From an uncultured Candidatus Poseidoniales archaeon (GTDB taxonomy: Archaea; Thermoplasmatota; Poseidoniia; Poseidoniales; Thalassarchaeaceae), in assembly GCA_964576865.1 (NCBI GenBank), contig CAZNVK010000004.1:3006-67005 (forward strand): a stretch of DNA of 64,000 bases, read 5' to 3'. The notes under the pieces are model-generated. The model was not told the origin of the DNA. It did not search any database and was given only the letters and a program-made list of their open reading frames with translations. The first letter of the stretch is position 1; each line of letters starts with the position of its first letter. Of the stretch, positions 30,211-38,453 are shown piece after piece. Position numbers and translations under genes: made by a program.

Positions 30211-30506
30211 TGTCGGACGATGGGGCTACGGTCACGCGCGAGAAGGTCGAGCAGTACCTCGCTTTGACCGCCGAGGCGCGGGCCAAAGCTACGCCTTCGA
30301 CCACCAACGAGACAGACGCCGCGCGCCTCGCCTCGATGATGCGAATGTGCGATGACTACCAGGCAGATGCCAAGCATTTTCTTGAGCAAGGTGACCTTGT
30401 GAGAGCCTTTGGTGCGATCAATTACGCACACGCTTGGATAGATGCAGCTGTCCGAATCGGACTCATGGATGGTCATGACGACGACCGTCTGTTCACTCTG
30501 CCCTGA
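30207..30506 (+). CDS. DUF357 family protein
   Basis: DYQADAKHFLEQGDLVRAFGAINYAHAWIDA matches this archaeal family. Its start overlaps the upstream stop (ATGA). Confidence 0.85.
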   Translation: MMSDDGATVTREKVEQYLALTAEARAKATPSTTNETDAARLASMMRMCDDYQADAKHFLEQGDLVRAFGAINYAHAWIDAAVRIGLMDGHDDDRLFTLP

Positions 30507-30518
30507 GGGTGAGTGGTA

Positions 30519-30884
30519 TCAACCGACCCTGCGCAGCGCAGGTCCACCAGTGACCTCGATATATGAACCGCCAGAACTGACCAAGCGCTCCTTCAGCCGC
30601 CGGTCAACCGTCAACACCGGCCAGCCCCCCTCAACGGACAAACTCACCAGCATATCGTCGGTGTGAGACATCCCATCGACATCCGACATCCGCTCGCACC
30701 GCGCATCGAGCAAATCCAACAGCAAACCACCGCGCCGCTCACCAAGAGCCTGCAACTCAGCAGCAACCGACTCCAGCAACAGCAACCGAGGCGCACCGGC
30801 AACCTGTGCCATCGCCACGTCGAGATTCAATCGCGCATCGACCAATGCGACCCAGCCACAAGCGTCGATGAGGACGCTCGACAT
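30519..30884 (-). CDS. PIN-domain ribonuclease (Fcf1/Utp24-like)
   Basis: VLIDAC, V..EL, TDD.LV, and VLTVDRRLKERL. Conserved position after eif2g. Confidence 0.8.
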   Translation of the reverse strand: MSSVLIDACGWVALVDARLNLDVAMAQVAGAPRLLLLESVAAELQALGERRGGLLLDLLDARCERMSDVDGMSHTDDMLVSLSVEGGWPVLTVDRRLKERLVSSGGSYIEVTGGPALRRVG

Positions 30885-30888
30885 TCGC

Positions 30889-32136
30889 TCACCCCGTGAT
30901 GGTTCCGTGACCGATTAGCCGCCATCGCGTGCCGATTCGGCGTGAGAGTGTGATGCGACTGCCCTCGAGCGCGCAGATAGGCAGGCGCAGGCGCAGTGTT
31001 GCCTTCTTGCCCTTGATTGCGGTCACTTGGCCAACGCTGGTAGCGGTGGCCGAGTTGACCATGAGCATCTCGTTAGGCTGGAGCGGGCGGACCTTCTCGG
31101 GCGCGTCGTCTCCGCTTGCAACCATGTGCTCGAGAAGGTCGAGGTCGAGGTTGAACTCCTCCCAGATCGGAGGCAGTTCACCCTCGCGTGCCATCACTTG
31201 ACCAGACAGATCGTCTGCCTTGGTGGCCATTGGATCCATCGGAGTCGCGACCCCACACAGGCCACCAGCGTGGATGGTCTCGAGGTCGAGACCACCACCT
31301 TGAACAGACTCGATGACCGTCTTGATCGGTTCCCATCGAGTCTTGCTTCCTTCCTTGACGCGCCGTCCCGGCGCGATGAGAATCTTGTCTCCAACAGAGA
31401 ATTCTCCCTTTACCACCGAGCCGCCGATGATGCCACCGCGCAGCTTCGCCGGTCTCGTCCCAGGGCGATTGATGTCGAAGGAGCGAGCCACGTACATCAG
31501 CGCCTCCTCCTTCTTGCCGTGGTCCGGCGTTGGAATGGTATCCTCGATGGCCTGAATCAGAATGTCGAGATTGACATCGTGGTGGGCCGAGATTGGAATG
31601 ATCGGCGCATTCTCGGCCACAGTTCCAGCGACGAATTCCTTGATTTCATTGTACGAATCAATCGCCCGCTCGCGGGTGACCAAATCGATCTTGTTCTGCA
31701 CCACAACGACATTCTCGATACCCGCGATCTGCAGCGCAGCTAGGTGCTCACGAGTCTGTGGCTGCGGACACTTCTCAGTCGCCGACACGAGCAGCAGAGC
31801 ACCGTCCATAATCGACGAGCCTGAGATCATCACCGCCATCAGCGTCTCGTGACCTGGCGCGTCGACGAAAGAGACGACTCGAAGCAATTCCTTCTCGTCG
31901 TCTCCCTTTCCATCAGGGCGCTTGCCCTTAGGATAGTAATCCCCCTTCTTGGTCTTGTAGAAGGCGGTGTCGGCATAGCCGAGTTTGATGCTGATGCCCC
32001 TCTTTCGCTCCTCGGAGTGAGTATCGGTCCAGACCCCCGAGAGAGCCCTTGTGAGCGTGGTCTTTCCGTGGTCGACGTGACCGACCATACCGATGTTGAC
32101 TTCGGGTTGGCGAGGGAGTTGACTTGCCAGACTCAT
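30889..32136 (-). CDS. eif2g: Translation initiation factor 2 gamma subunit
   Basis: QPEVNIGMVGHVDHGKTT, RGISIKLGY, DAPGHE, NKID, SA, and WRLIGHG. Confidence 0.97.
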   Translation of the reverse strand: MSLASQLPRQPEVNIGMVGHVDHGKTTLTRALSGVWTDTHSEERKRGISIKLGYADTAFYKTKKGDYYPKGKRPDGKGDDEKELLRVVSFVDAPGHETLMAVMISGSSIMDGALLLVSATEKCPQPQTREHLAALQIAGIENVVVVQNKIDLVTRERAIDSYNEIKEFVAGTVAENAPIIPISAHHDVNLDILIQAIEDTIPTPDHGKKEEALMYVARSFDINRPGTRPAKLRGGIIGGSVVKGEFSVGDKILIAPGRRVKEGSKTRWEPIKTVIESVQGGGLDLETIHAGGLCGVATPMDPMATKADDLSGQVMAREGELPPIWEEFNLDLDLLEHMVASGDDAPEKVRPLQPNEMLMVNSATATSVGQVTAIKGKKATLRLRLPICALEGSRITLSRRIGTRWRLIGHGTITG

Positions 32137-32150
32137 CAACTCCTGCCGGT

Positions 32151-32648
32151 TCACTCCTCTTCATCGGAGGGCGTCTCGGCAGCGGCCTCTTCCTCGAGGC
32201 CGAAGATCACAGGCAGGGTTCGGTTCCCGGCCTCGACGACCTTCAGATTGATCTGTCGCGTATCCTGACTGATGACATTGCCGCGCAGGTTGCGTCGGCG
32301 GCGGATTCCATCGTACTTGTAGCGGTAGACCTGCGCGTTCTTCTTGACGTAGCGCTTGCCCTTGTATCCGACTCCAGGCGAGACGAGAACCGACTTCACG
32401 CCGGCTCCATCGAGGTCAGGGCGCATTGGGCGACCGGTGACATCGGAGCCGCCGGTAATCTCCAATTTGTAGCCGGAAAGGGACTGGTCGCCCTCGCCGA
32501 CGAACATGCCGTCGACCGCGTCTCCGATCTTCTTTCCGAGGAAGTGGTTGTAGTTCGAGCCGGTGATATCGACTGCATAAGCTCGTCCACCAGCACTGGG
32601 TCTGGTGTCGTTGATCACCGCCTTGAAGGCCTGTTCGCTACCTGCCAT
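32151..32648 (-). CDS. rps6e: 30S ribosomal protein S6e
   Basis: FKAVIND, LEITGGSDVTGRPMRPD, RRRRNLRGN, and QINLKVV. Confidence 0.93.
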   Translation of the reverse strand: MAGSEQAFKAVINDTRPSAGGRAYAVDITGSNYNHFLGKKIGDAVDGMFVGEGDQSLSGYKLEITGGSDVTGRPMRPDLDGAGVKSVLVSPGVGYKGKRYVKKNAQVYRYKYDGIRRRRNLRGNVISQDTRQINLKVVEAGNRTLPVIFGLEEEAAAETPSDEEE

Positions 32649-32717
32649 GATGTCACCTGAACGGCCTCCCGACAAGCGACCCCTATAAGAGCGGTTCGGA
32701 GTCACCTACGGTGAGTT

Positions 32718-33893
32718 TCAGCCCCTCAGCAATTCCCTTTCGATTCTGCTCTCAATCGTGGCGGGTGCTGTGTTCGTCATCGTGATGTGCGTGGTTCTCC
32801 CTCGTCCGACGTTCTTGTGCGCCGCCCTCGTCTCGATCAGACCCTCGGTCTCCAGGGCCTTGAGGTGCTTCCAGAAAGTGGTGTAGCTGCGAGCTTTGAC
32901 CTCGTGTTCCTCGCAGACGAGCAGGTAGAGCTTCTGTGCATCCCCGCTCGAGACTTCCTCGGCTTTCTTCAAGCGACGGCAGATGCCGAGCAAAACCAGC
33001 TTCTGATGTTTCGACAGATTGTCAACCGAACTCGGCTCCAGCGATGCCTTGCGCAGAGTGCTGGGCCGGACGTCCTCGGGGAGGACTTCGCCGCGTCCGG
33101 CTTTCTCGGCGCGTCGGATGGACGCGTCGAGCAATTCGATGGCCATTCGAGCGTCGCCGGAATCGGCCGAGAAGCGGCCGATCTTGGTGAGGGTTTCAGC
33201 GGCGACGCTCCCCATTCTGCAAGCTACTTCGGCGCGTTGCGCCGCGATGCCGGTGAGGGTGTCGGCATCGTAGGGTCTCATCTCGATGAGGTTGGACTGT
33301 CCGAGGCGAGAAATTATGGCGGGTTCGAAGAGTTTGAGCAGGGTCGGATTCTGGCTAACGAGAATCATCGAGATCGAGCCTTGGGCTTCCTGCCCTTCGT
33401 CGATTCGAAGCAATTTGTAGATGATGTCCGACGAGTCGCGATTGACCAGCACATCGACCTCGTCGAGGATGAGCAGAAGATGGCTCTCGTGGGTGTGGAG
33501 GTTGCGGCGAATCGACTGGATGATTTCTCCAGAGCTGAAGCCTCGTTCTGGGTGTCGGGCGTCGAGGCTCAGCGCGATTTGTTGCAGGACTTGCGAGCCG
33601 GTCGGGTGGTTGCGGCAATTGACGTGGGTGATGACGATTCTGCGCCGACCGTCGAGGTGGCGCTGGATGTCATCCGCGAATCGTTGGGTGAGGACGGTCT
33701 TGCCCGAGCCGACAGGACCGATGACCACGGCTTGTGCGCTCGTATCGTGATTCTCGATCTGCGAGAAGATTCCTGCCATGTCACCGAGTTCCTCGTCGCG
33801 ACCGATGAGGGTAGGCGGAATCCAGTCGTACGACAGGGGGCCCTTGTCGAGCAGGACCTTGCCTGCTCCGATGCGGTCGAGGTATCCTGCCAT
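32718..33893 (-). CDS. cdc6: Orc1/Cdc6 replication initiator
   Basis: YDWIPPTLIGRDEE, Walker A GPVGSGKT, VNCR, Walker B LILDEVD, GDARMAIELL, and a C-terminal WH ending GRGRT. Confidence 0.95.
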   Translation of the reverse strand: MAGYLDRIGAGKVLLDKGPLSYDWIPPTLIGRDEELGDMAGIFSQIENHDTSAQAVVIGPVGSGKTVLTQRFADDIQRHLDGRRRIVITHVNCRNHPTGSQVLQQIALSLDARHPERGFSSGEIIQSIRRNLHTHESHLLLILDEVDVLVNRDSSDIIYKLLRIDEGQEAQGSISMILVSQNPTLLKLFEPAIISRLGQSNLIEMRPYDADTLTGIAAQRAEVACRMGSVAAETLTKIGRFSADSGDARMAIELLDASIRRAEKAGRGEVLPEDVRPSTLRKASLEPSSVDNLSKHQKLVLLGICRRLKKAEEVSSGDAQKLYLLVCEEHEVKARSYTTFWKHLKALETEGLIETRAAHKNVGRGRTTHITMTNTAPATIESRIERELLRG

Positions 33894-33937
33894 TCAACGG
33901 AGTCGTGCTCTCACCGTTCTTAGAGATATTTGCTGCA

Positions 33938-33975
33938 GCGCGCGCGCATACACACGTCTGTGACGCGCGCGCGTG
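33938..33975. repeat. Alternating purine-pyrimidine tracts / (GC)5...(CG)5 inverted repeat upstream of cdc6
   Basis: GCGCGCGCGCATACACACGT (33938-33957) and ACGCGCGCGCGTG (33963-33975). Confidence 0.7.
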
Positions 33976-33981
33976 AGGATT

Positions 33982-35091
33982 CTAGGGAATCTCATCGAAT
34001 TGGTAGCCATTCTCCCACTGCTTGACGCCGAGTGCTACCTCGAGTTCGAACGGCGTAATCAGCGGCTTGGCATACTTCACCGCGTCATCGATCGCGATGC
34101 GTGGGCACGCGGTGTTGACGAAAGCGTCGACCGGATAGAAATCGATGAGGTCCGGTCCGACGTGATCAAGCGCAAGCAAGTATCCCTTCTTGCCGTGCTG
34201 CTCGAGAAGCCTCTTCATGCGAATCGCCAGATTGCGTCGCATTTGTCCCGGCTTCTCACCAATCAAAATCCCGAAGGATTTCGCATCATCAACAGAGAAA
34301 ATCAGTCCCATTCGCTGGCGTAGAATCCGCTCAATGCGCTCGAACGACATCTCGCTCGCTTCCCCGTTGTACGGGTCGAGCAGCGCCAGCGGTTTCCCAG
34401 TATGCATCACCAATCCGATCGGGTGGAAATCACCCGAGCCGAGGAAGAGATAGTGTCCAATCGAGGGGTCGTCGCCCGAGTAATTGCATCCCAGAACCTG
34501 TCCGGGGAAGGTCAGACGAGCCCCTCCAACAGGAATCTCGACCTCGAATCCAGCATTCTCCAATCTCTGCTTGTAATCCTCCAATAAGTGCAGATGTTGA
34601 ATCGAGCCAACCAGCCCCAATTTAGTTCCAGAAAGAGGTGCGACGCGGCCCACCGCGTCGACGAAGCGCTCGCGCGCTTCCTCCTCGCTGAGATCGAAAG
34701 GAGTCGTAGCCTCAGCGAGCCTTGCTTCTGCAATCCCCTTGTGTCGCGCGAGGATGGGCACAACCGGGTCAATTGCGGGGTCGCCGTCGTAGGTGACCGG
34801 AACGAAGTGCGTGGGCATTCCCGAGTCGATATTCATTGCACTGTGCCCCATGTGAGCGACCAATTCGACCCCCATCATGCGCATCTTATCGTGCACCAGA
34901 TCACACGCCCCATAACATGGGTCAGCCGCCAGCACAACCTTCGCTTGGGAGCTATCTTCGATGGAATCCATCATTTCGAGGGCCTGCATTTTCAGGCCCT
35001 CGGGAACCTGCAGAGCAACGAGTCGGTGGTCGTTCTCCTTGATGCGCTCGACGAGGTCATCGAGCTGGAAGTCGTGTCGCTCCATGTCCAT
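33982..35091 (-). CDS. dph2: Diphthamide biosynthesis enzyme Dph2 (2-(3-amino-3-carboxypropyl)histidine synthase)
   Basis: VALQVPEGLK, DPCYGACD, HMGHS, GQVLGCNYS, K.GQ.R, and VNTACPRIAIDD. True start set at ATG 35091, not the ORF-track start of 35775. Confidence 0.95.
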   Translation of the reverse strand: MDMERHDFQLDDLVERIKENDHRLVALQVPEGLKMQALEMMDSIEDSSQAKVVLAADPCYGACDLVHDKMRMMGVELVAHMGHSAMNIDSGMPTHFVPVTYDGDPAIDPVVPILARHKGIAEARLAEATTPFDLSEEEARERFVDAVGRVAPLSGTKLGLVGSIQHLHLLEDYKQRLENAGFEVEIPVGGARLTFPGQVLGCNYSGDDPSIGHYLFLGSGDFHPIGLVMHTGKPLALLDPYNGEASEMSFERIERILRQRMGLIFSVDDAKSFGILIGEKPGQMRRNLAIRMKRLLEQHGKKGYLLALDHVGPDLIDFYPVDAFVNTACPRIAIDDAVKYAKPLITPFELEVALGVKQWENGYQFDEIP

Positions 35092-35157
35092 GGTAACGCC
35101 TCGCCGTCCGAGGTTCGGTATTTGAGCGGTTGCATGGGAATCGTGGTTCGTTTCGCA

Positions 35158-35223
35158 GGGGTTTGGCTGGGGTTTGGCGAGGGTTTGGCTGGGGTTTGGC
35201 GAGGGTTTGGCTTGGGTTTGGTG
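35158..35223 (+). repeat. 11-bp tandem repeat x6, consensus RGGGTTTGGC(T/G)
   Basis: GGGGTTTGGCT-GGGGTTTGGCG-AGGGTTTGGCT-GGGGTTTGGCG-AGGGTTTGGCT-TGGGTTTGGTG, in the divergent dph2/proC intergenic region. Confidence 0.9.
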
Positions 35224-35272
35224 GGTTCTTGCGCGCGTGGGAGTGAAATAGGACGCGCGGGCCGGGCGCGGC

Positions 35273-36091
35273 ATGGATAGCGCCGAGTGCTTTCGCGTCG
35301 GGATTGTCGGCGTGGGCAATATGGGTGCCGCGCTGGCGCGCGGGATGGTTGTCCGTGGGGGATTTGAGGCGGCCGATGTGATGGTCGCTGACCTCGATTT
35401 TGAGAAGGTTGGCCGCCTCGTTAACGATCTTGGTGTTCGGCAGGCTGCGAGCCTGTTGGAGTTAGCTGAGTTTTCTGATTTGGTCGTGCTCGCAGCCAAG
35501 CCCCAGGCCTTCGATGGGTTGTTGGCGGGCCTGAACGGTTCGATTAGGCCTGGCAAGACGGTGATGAGCATCGCTGCCGGTGTGACGACCGGAACTCTGG
35601 AGGCAGCACTCGGTGCGGGAGTGGCGGTCGTACGAGTGATGCCTAACCTACCTGCTCTGGTTGGAGAGGGTATCAGCGTCTTCTGTCGCGGTGCGAATGC
35701 TCGCGACGCTGATGTCGAGCGAGTCGCCAAGGTACTCGATTCGGTCGGCGAATCGCTCGAGGCTTCCGAGGACATGATGGATCCTGTTACCGCTCTCTCC
35801 GGGACTGGTCCGGCTTACATTTTCCATACCATGGAAGCGATGATCGAGAGCGGTATCGAGATGGGGATGTCTCGCGAGATGGCCGAGCGCCTCGTCCTTC
35901 AGACTGTCCTTGGCGCAGCGTCCCTAGCAATCGAATCAGATGCCGACCCAGGCACTCTGCGTGAGCGTGTCACCTCAAAGGGTGGGACTACCGAGGCGGC
36001 GATTTCACATCTTGCGCAACAGGACTATGTCAGGTTGGTTATCGACGCGATTCTCTCCGCTCGTGACCGTTCAGCCGAACTCGGTGAATAA
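35273..36091 (+). CDS. proC: Pyrroline-5-carboxylate reductase
   Basis: VGVGNMG, LAAKPQ, SIAAGV, VRVMPNLP, TALSGTGPAY, and RVTSKGGTT. Confidence 0.95.
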   Translation: MDSAECFRVGIVGVGNMGAALARGMVVRGGFEAADVMVADLDFEKVGRLVNDLGVRQAASLLELAEFSDLVVLAAKPQAFDGLLAGLNGSIRPGKTVMSIAAGVTTGTLEAALGAGVAVVRVMPNLPALVGEGISVFCRGANARDADVERVAKVLDSVGESLEASEDMMDPVTALSGTGPAYIFHTMEAMIESGIEMGMSREMAERLVLQTVLGAASLAIESDADPGTLRERVTSKGGTTEAAISHLAQQDYVRLVIDAILSARDRSAELGE

Positions 36092-36093
36092 AT

Positions 36094-36111
36094 TCGATTC
36101 GCTCGAATCGA
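36094..36111. terminator. Short hairpin between convergent proC and LLM oxidoreductase genes
   Basis: TCGATTCG-CT-CGAATCGA inverted repeat directly after the proC stop. Terminator function is inferred only from position. Confidence 0.35.
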
Positions 36112-36118
36112 TTACAGC

Positions 36119-37171
36119 TCACTTCGATTCACGGAGTTCGTGTACTCTCGGAATCACTTCTGTTGCGAACAGCCGAATCGATTCCATCGAGTCTTCATGA
36201 GGGATTGTCCCATTGCTATATTTCAAGTCGAACCGATTCACCCCGAGCATATCTGTCACCTTGACAATCTTCTCAGCAACGGTTTGAGGTGAACCGATGA
36301 ACAATGCTCCATCCGGTCCAGCGCCATACTCGAATTGGTCGAACCTCATTCGCGGCCAACCTCTCTCTCTACCAATTCTTGAGAACATGGCATTGTGGTG
36401 TGGCCAGACTTTGCTCATCGCCTCAGAGTCGGATTCCGCCACGAAGCCAGGGCAATGAATCGCCACCTCTCCAGTCGCGAATCCGAACCTCTCACGAGAT
36501 GAGTGATAGAGGTTGACGAATTCCTTGAATCGAAATGGCGAGCCTCCAATGATAGCCAGCATCAGCGGGAAATCATACTTCGCGGCACGCACGACGGATT
36601 CTGGGCTTCCACCGACTCCAACCCAGGATTTCATTCGAGGCGCCTTGATTTGAGGATAGACGGATTGCTCGTTGAGTGGGGACCGTAATTCGCCTGACCA
36701 TGTCACTCGTCCTCCATCTCTCAGTTGTGCGAAGATCTGCAATTTTTCCTCAAATAATTGGTCGTAATCCCTTAGGTCATGACCGAATAATGGGAATGAT
36801 TCCGTGAATGATCCACGGCCGAGAATCGGTTCCGCCCTTCCATTCGACAATGCGTCCACCGTCGCAAATCTCTGGTAGACTCGTACCGGGTCGTCGGTGC
36901 TGAGCACTGTTACTGCGGTGTTGAGTCTGATTTTCTCGGTTCGTGTGGCGATTCCGGCGAGCATGGTTTCAGGGGCTGAAATCACAAAATCAGGTCTGTG
37001 ATGCTCGCCGACACCGAAGCAATCGATGCCGAGGCGATCGGCAGAGATGGCCTCTTCGAGCACGTTCCGGATGACCTCAGAGTCGTGCTTGAGTTTACCA
37101 TCGGCGTCGAAGGTGGTATCGCCGAATGTGTGAATCCCGAATTCCATGCGATTCTCTGTGGACAGGCTCAT
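36119..37171 (-). CDS. Luciferase-like (LLM class) flavin-dependent oxidoreductase
   Basis: FGVGEHHRPDF, LSTDDPVRVYQRFATVDALSNGRAE..LGRGSFTESFPLFG, and WVGVGGSPESV.RAA. Confidence 0.92.
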   Translation of the reverse strand: MSLSTENRMEFGIHTFGDTTFDADGKLKHDSEVIRNVLEEAISADRLGIDCFGVGEHHRPDFVISAPETMLAGIATRTEKIRLNTAVTVLSTDDPVRVYQRFATVDALSNGRAEPILGRGSFTESFPLFGHDLRDYDQLFEEKLQIFAQLRDGGRVTWSGELRSPLNEQSVYPQIKAPRMKSWVGVGGSPESVVRAAKYDFPLMLAIIGGSPFRFKEFVNLYHSSRERFGFATGEVAIHCPGFVAESDSEAMSKVWPHHNAMFSRIGRERGWPRMRFDQFEYGAGPDGALFIGSPQTVAEKIVKVTDMLGVNRFDLKYSNGTIPHEDSMESIRLFATEVIPRVHELRESK

Positions 37172-37178
37172 CCGAGCT

Positions 37179-37757
37179 TCACTCCACAATCTCGACCTTT
37201 CCATCGATGATATCTATGCGCGCGAGCGAGCGGATTGGCCAATGCGGCTTCTCGCGGTTGAGACGCTCGCGCCCCTCACCCTTCTCGATGGCGATGACGA
37301 CATCTTGCAGGATGACACCCATGTCTTCGAGCTGCTGGAGGAGTGGTTCGAGGGTACCACCCGTTGAGATCACGTCATCGACGATGACGACGCGTTCTCC
37401 AGACTTGATATCGTTGATGAAAACGGTGGACTGCGAGTAACCGGTCGCTACATCGACTCGGGTCTCGCCCTCCATCCCGTAAGAGCGCTTGCGGATGACA
37501 ACCGTCGGCTTGCCAGTCGCATCTCCTACCGCGGCGAGCAGTGGTAACCCCATCGCCTCGACGGTGACGATCAAATCGACTTGTGACCAGTCAACGCTCG
37601 ACACAATCAGGTCTCGCGTCGCGCGTAGAACATCGGGGTCCATACGCGGAATTCCATCCGAAATCGGGTGGATGAAGTAGGGATAATCACCCTTCCAGAT
37701 AATCGGCGCCCCACGCAGAGAGGCTTGCAGAATCGAAAGTGGGTCGCCGGGTGCCAT
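37179..37757 (-). CDS. hpt: Archaeal hypoxanthine/guanine (purine) phosphoribosyltransferase
   Basis: YPYFIHPISDGIP, EAMGLPL, and PRPP-binding motif VVIVDDVISTGGT. Confidence 0.88.
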   Translation of the reverse strand: MAPGDPLSILQASLRGAPIIWKGDYPYFIHPISDGIPRMDPDVLRATRDLIVSSVDWSQVDLIVTVEAMGLPLLAAVGDATGKPTVVIRKRSYGMEGETRVDVATGYSQSTVFINDIKSGERVVIVDDVISTGGTLEPLLQQLEDMGVILQDVVIAIEKGEGRERLNREKPHWPIRSLARIDIIDGKVEIVE

Positions 37758-37769
37758 GCCCGACCCCTC

Positions 37770-38315
37770 TCAAATGAGGCCCTTTGCCTTCAGGTGCTCT
37801 TCGCCTCGCACCACTCGCATGGTGGTCGGGCTTGGGAACTTCATGCCTGCCTTGCGCAGAGCATCGCGCGCGGCGAGATAGAACTCAGCCGAAGTGTGAA
37901 TGGAGACGATGACATCGTTCTTCTTGACGCGCGCCGCGGTGCCGACATTCTTGCCGAAAGCGTTGCGCATTCCTTGCGAGACACGATCGGCCCCGGCTCC
38001 GGTTGCCTGCTTATTCTCTCGGAGAATGTTGTGAGGGTACTTGTGAATGCGAAGTGCGTATCCCTGCTCTCCAGCAGCGTTTCGAATGGTCGAATTGGAG
38101 ACCATGCGAGCAGCCTCGAGAGCGGTGTGGCGGATCTGAACCGCGTTGTCGACGCTGAGCTCGACCACAACTTCGAATTCACCCGCCTCGGCAGCCTTTC
38201 GGTTGCCCATGTGGTAGCGTAGGATTCGGTTATTTGGAACTCCACCGGTATACTCTCGGCGGGTGTAAGCCTGGCCCTTGACCTGGCGATACATCTTTGC
38301 TGGCTTGCGTGCCAT
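37770..38315 (-). CDS. rpl10e: 50S ribosomal protein L10e/L16
   Basis: MARKPAKMYR, RHTALEAAR, YPHNILRENKQATGAGADRVSQGMRNAFGK, and KFP. Confidence 0.97.
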   Translation of the reverse strand: MARKPAKMYRQVKGQAYTRREYTGGVPNNRILRYHMGNRKAAEAGEFEVVVELSVDNAVQIRHTALEAARMVSNSTIRNAAGEQGYALRIHKYPHNILRENKQATGAGADRVSQGMRNAFGKNVGTAARVKKNDVIVSIHTSAEFYLAARDALRKAGMKFPSPTTMRVVRGEEHLKAKGLI

Positions 38316-38350
38316 CTCGACTACCTCGGACTCGGCCGACCTGCCTGCCG

Positions 38351-38382
38351 TATATAATGCTGAGTGAAGCCCCTACGGGGCT
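38351..38382 (-). promoter_or_regulatory. TATA box of rpl10e with upstream GC palindrome
   Basis: TTATATA on the minus strand at 38357-38351, ~36 nt upstream of the ATG. AGCCCC-TAC-GGGGCT lies at 38368-38382. Confidence 0.55.
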
Positions 38383-38453
38383 AGCGTCGCCGTAGGAAAG
38401 AGTCACGTGAGTCCGTCGAGCGGTGAGACCTCATCCAGTCTGCAATCCCCAGC

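Noticed and set aside
33894-33981. Canonical ORB-type origin next to cdc6
   Set aside because: Only ~90 bp intergenic, with no TCCAnTGGA-plus-G-string box and no extended AT-rich unwinding element.
35158-35223. CRISPR array
   Set aside because: The units are contiguous 11-mers with no unique spacers, and there are no cas genes.
35092-35775. 228-aa N-terminal extension of Dph2 given by the ORF track
   Set aside because: It runs antisense through proC and merely translates the 11-bp tandem repeat (AKPSPNPSQTLAKPQPN). Dph2 homology starts at MDMERH (35091).
38377-38450. tRNA, hammerhead ribozyme or SRP RNA
   Set aside because: No T-loop or anticodon arm, no complete CUGANGA/GAAA core, and far too short for SRP RNA.
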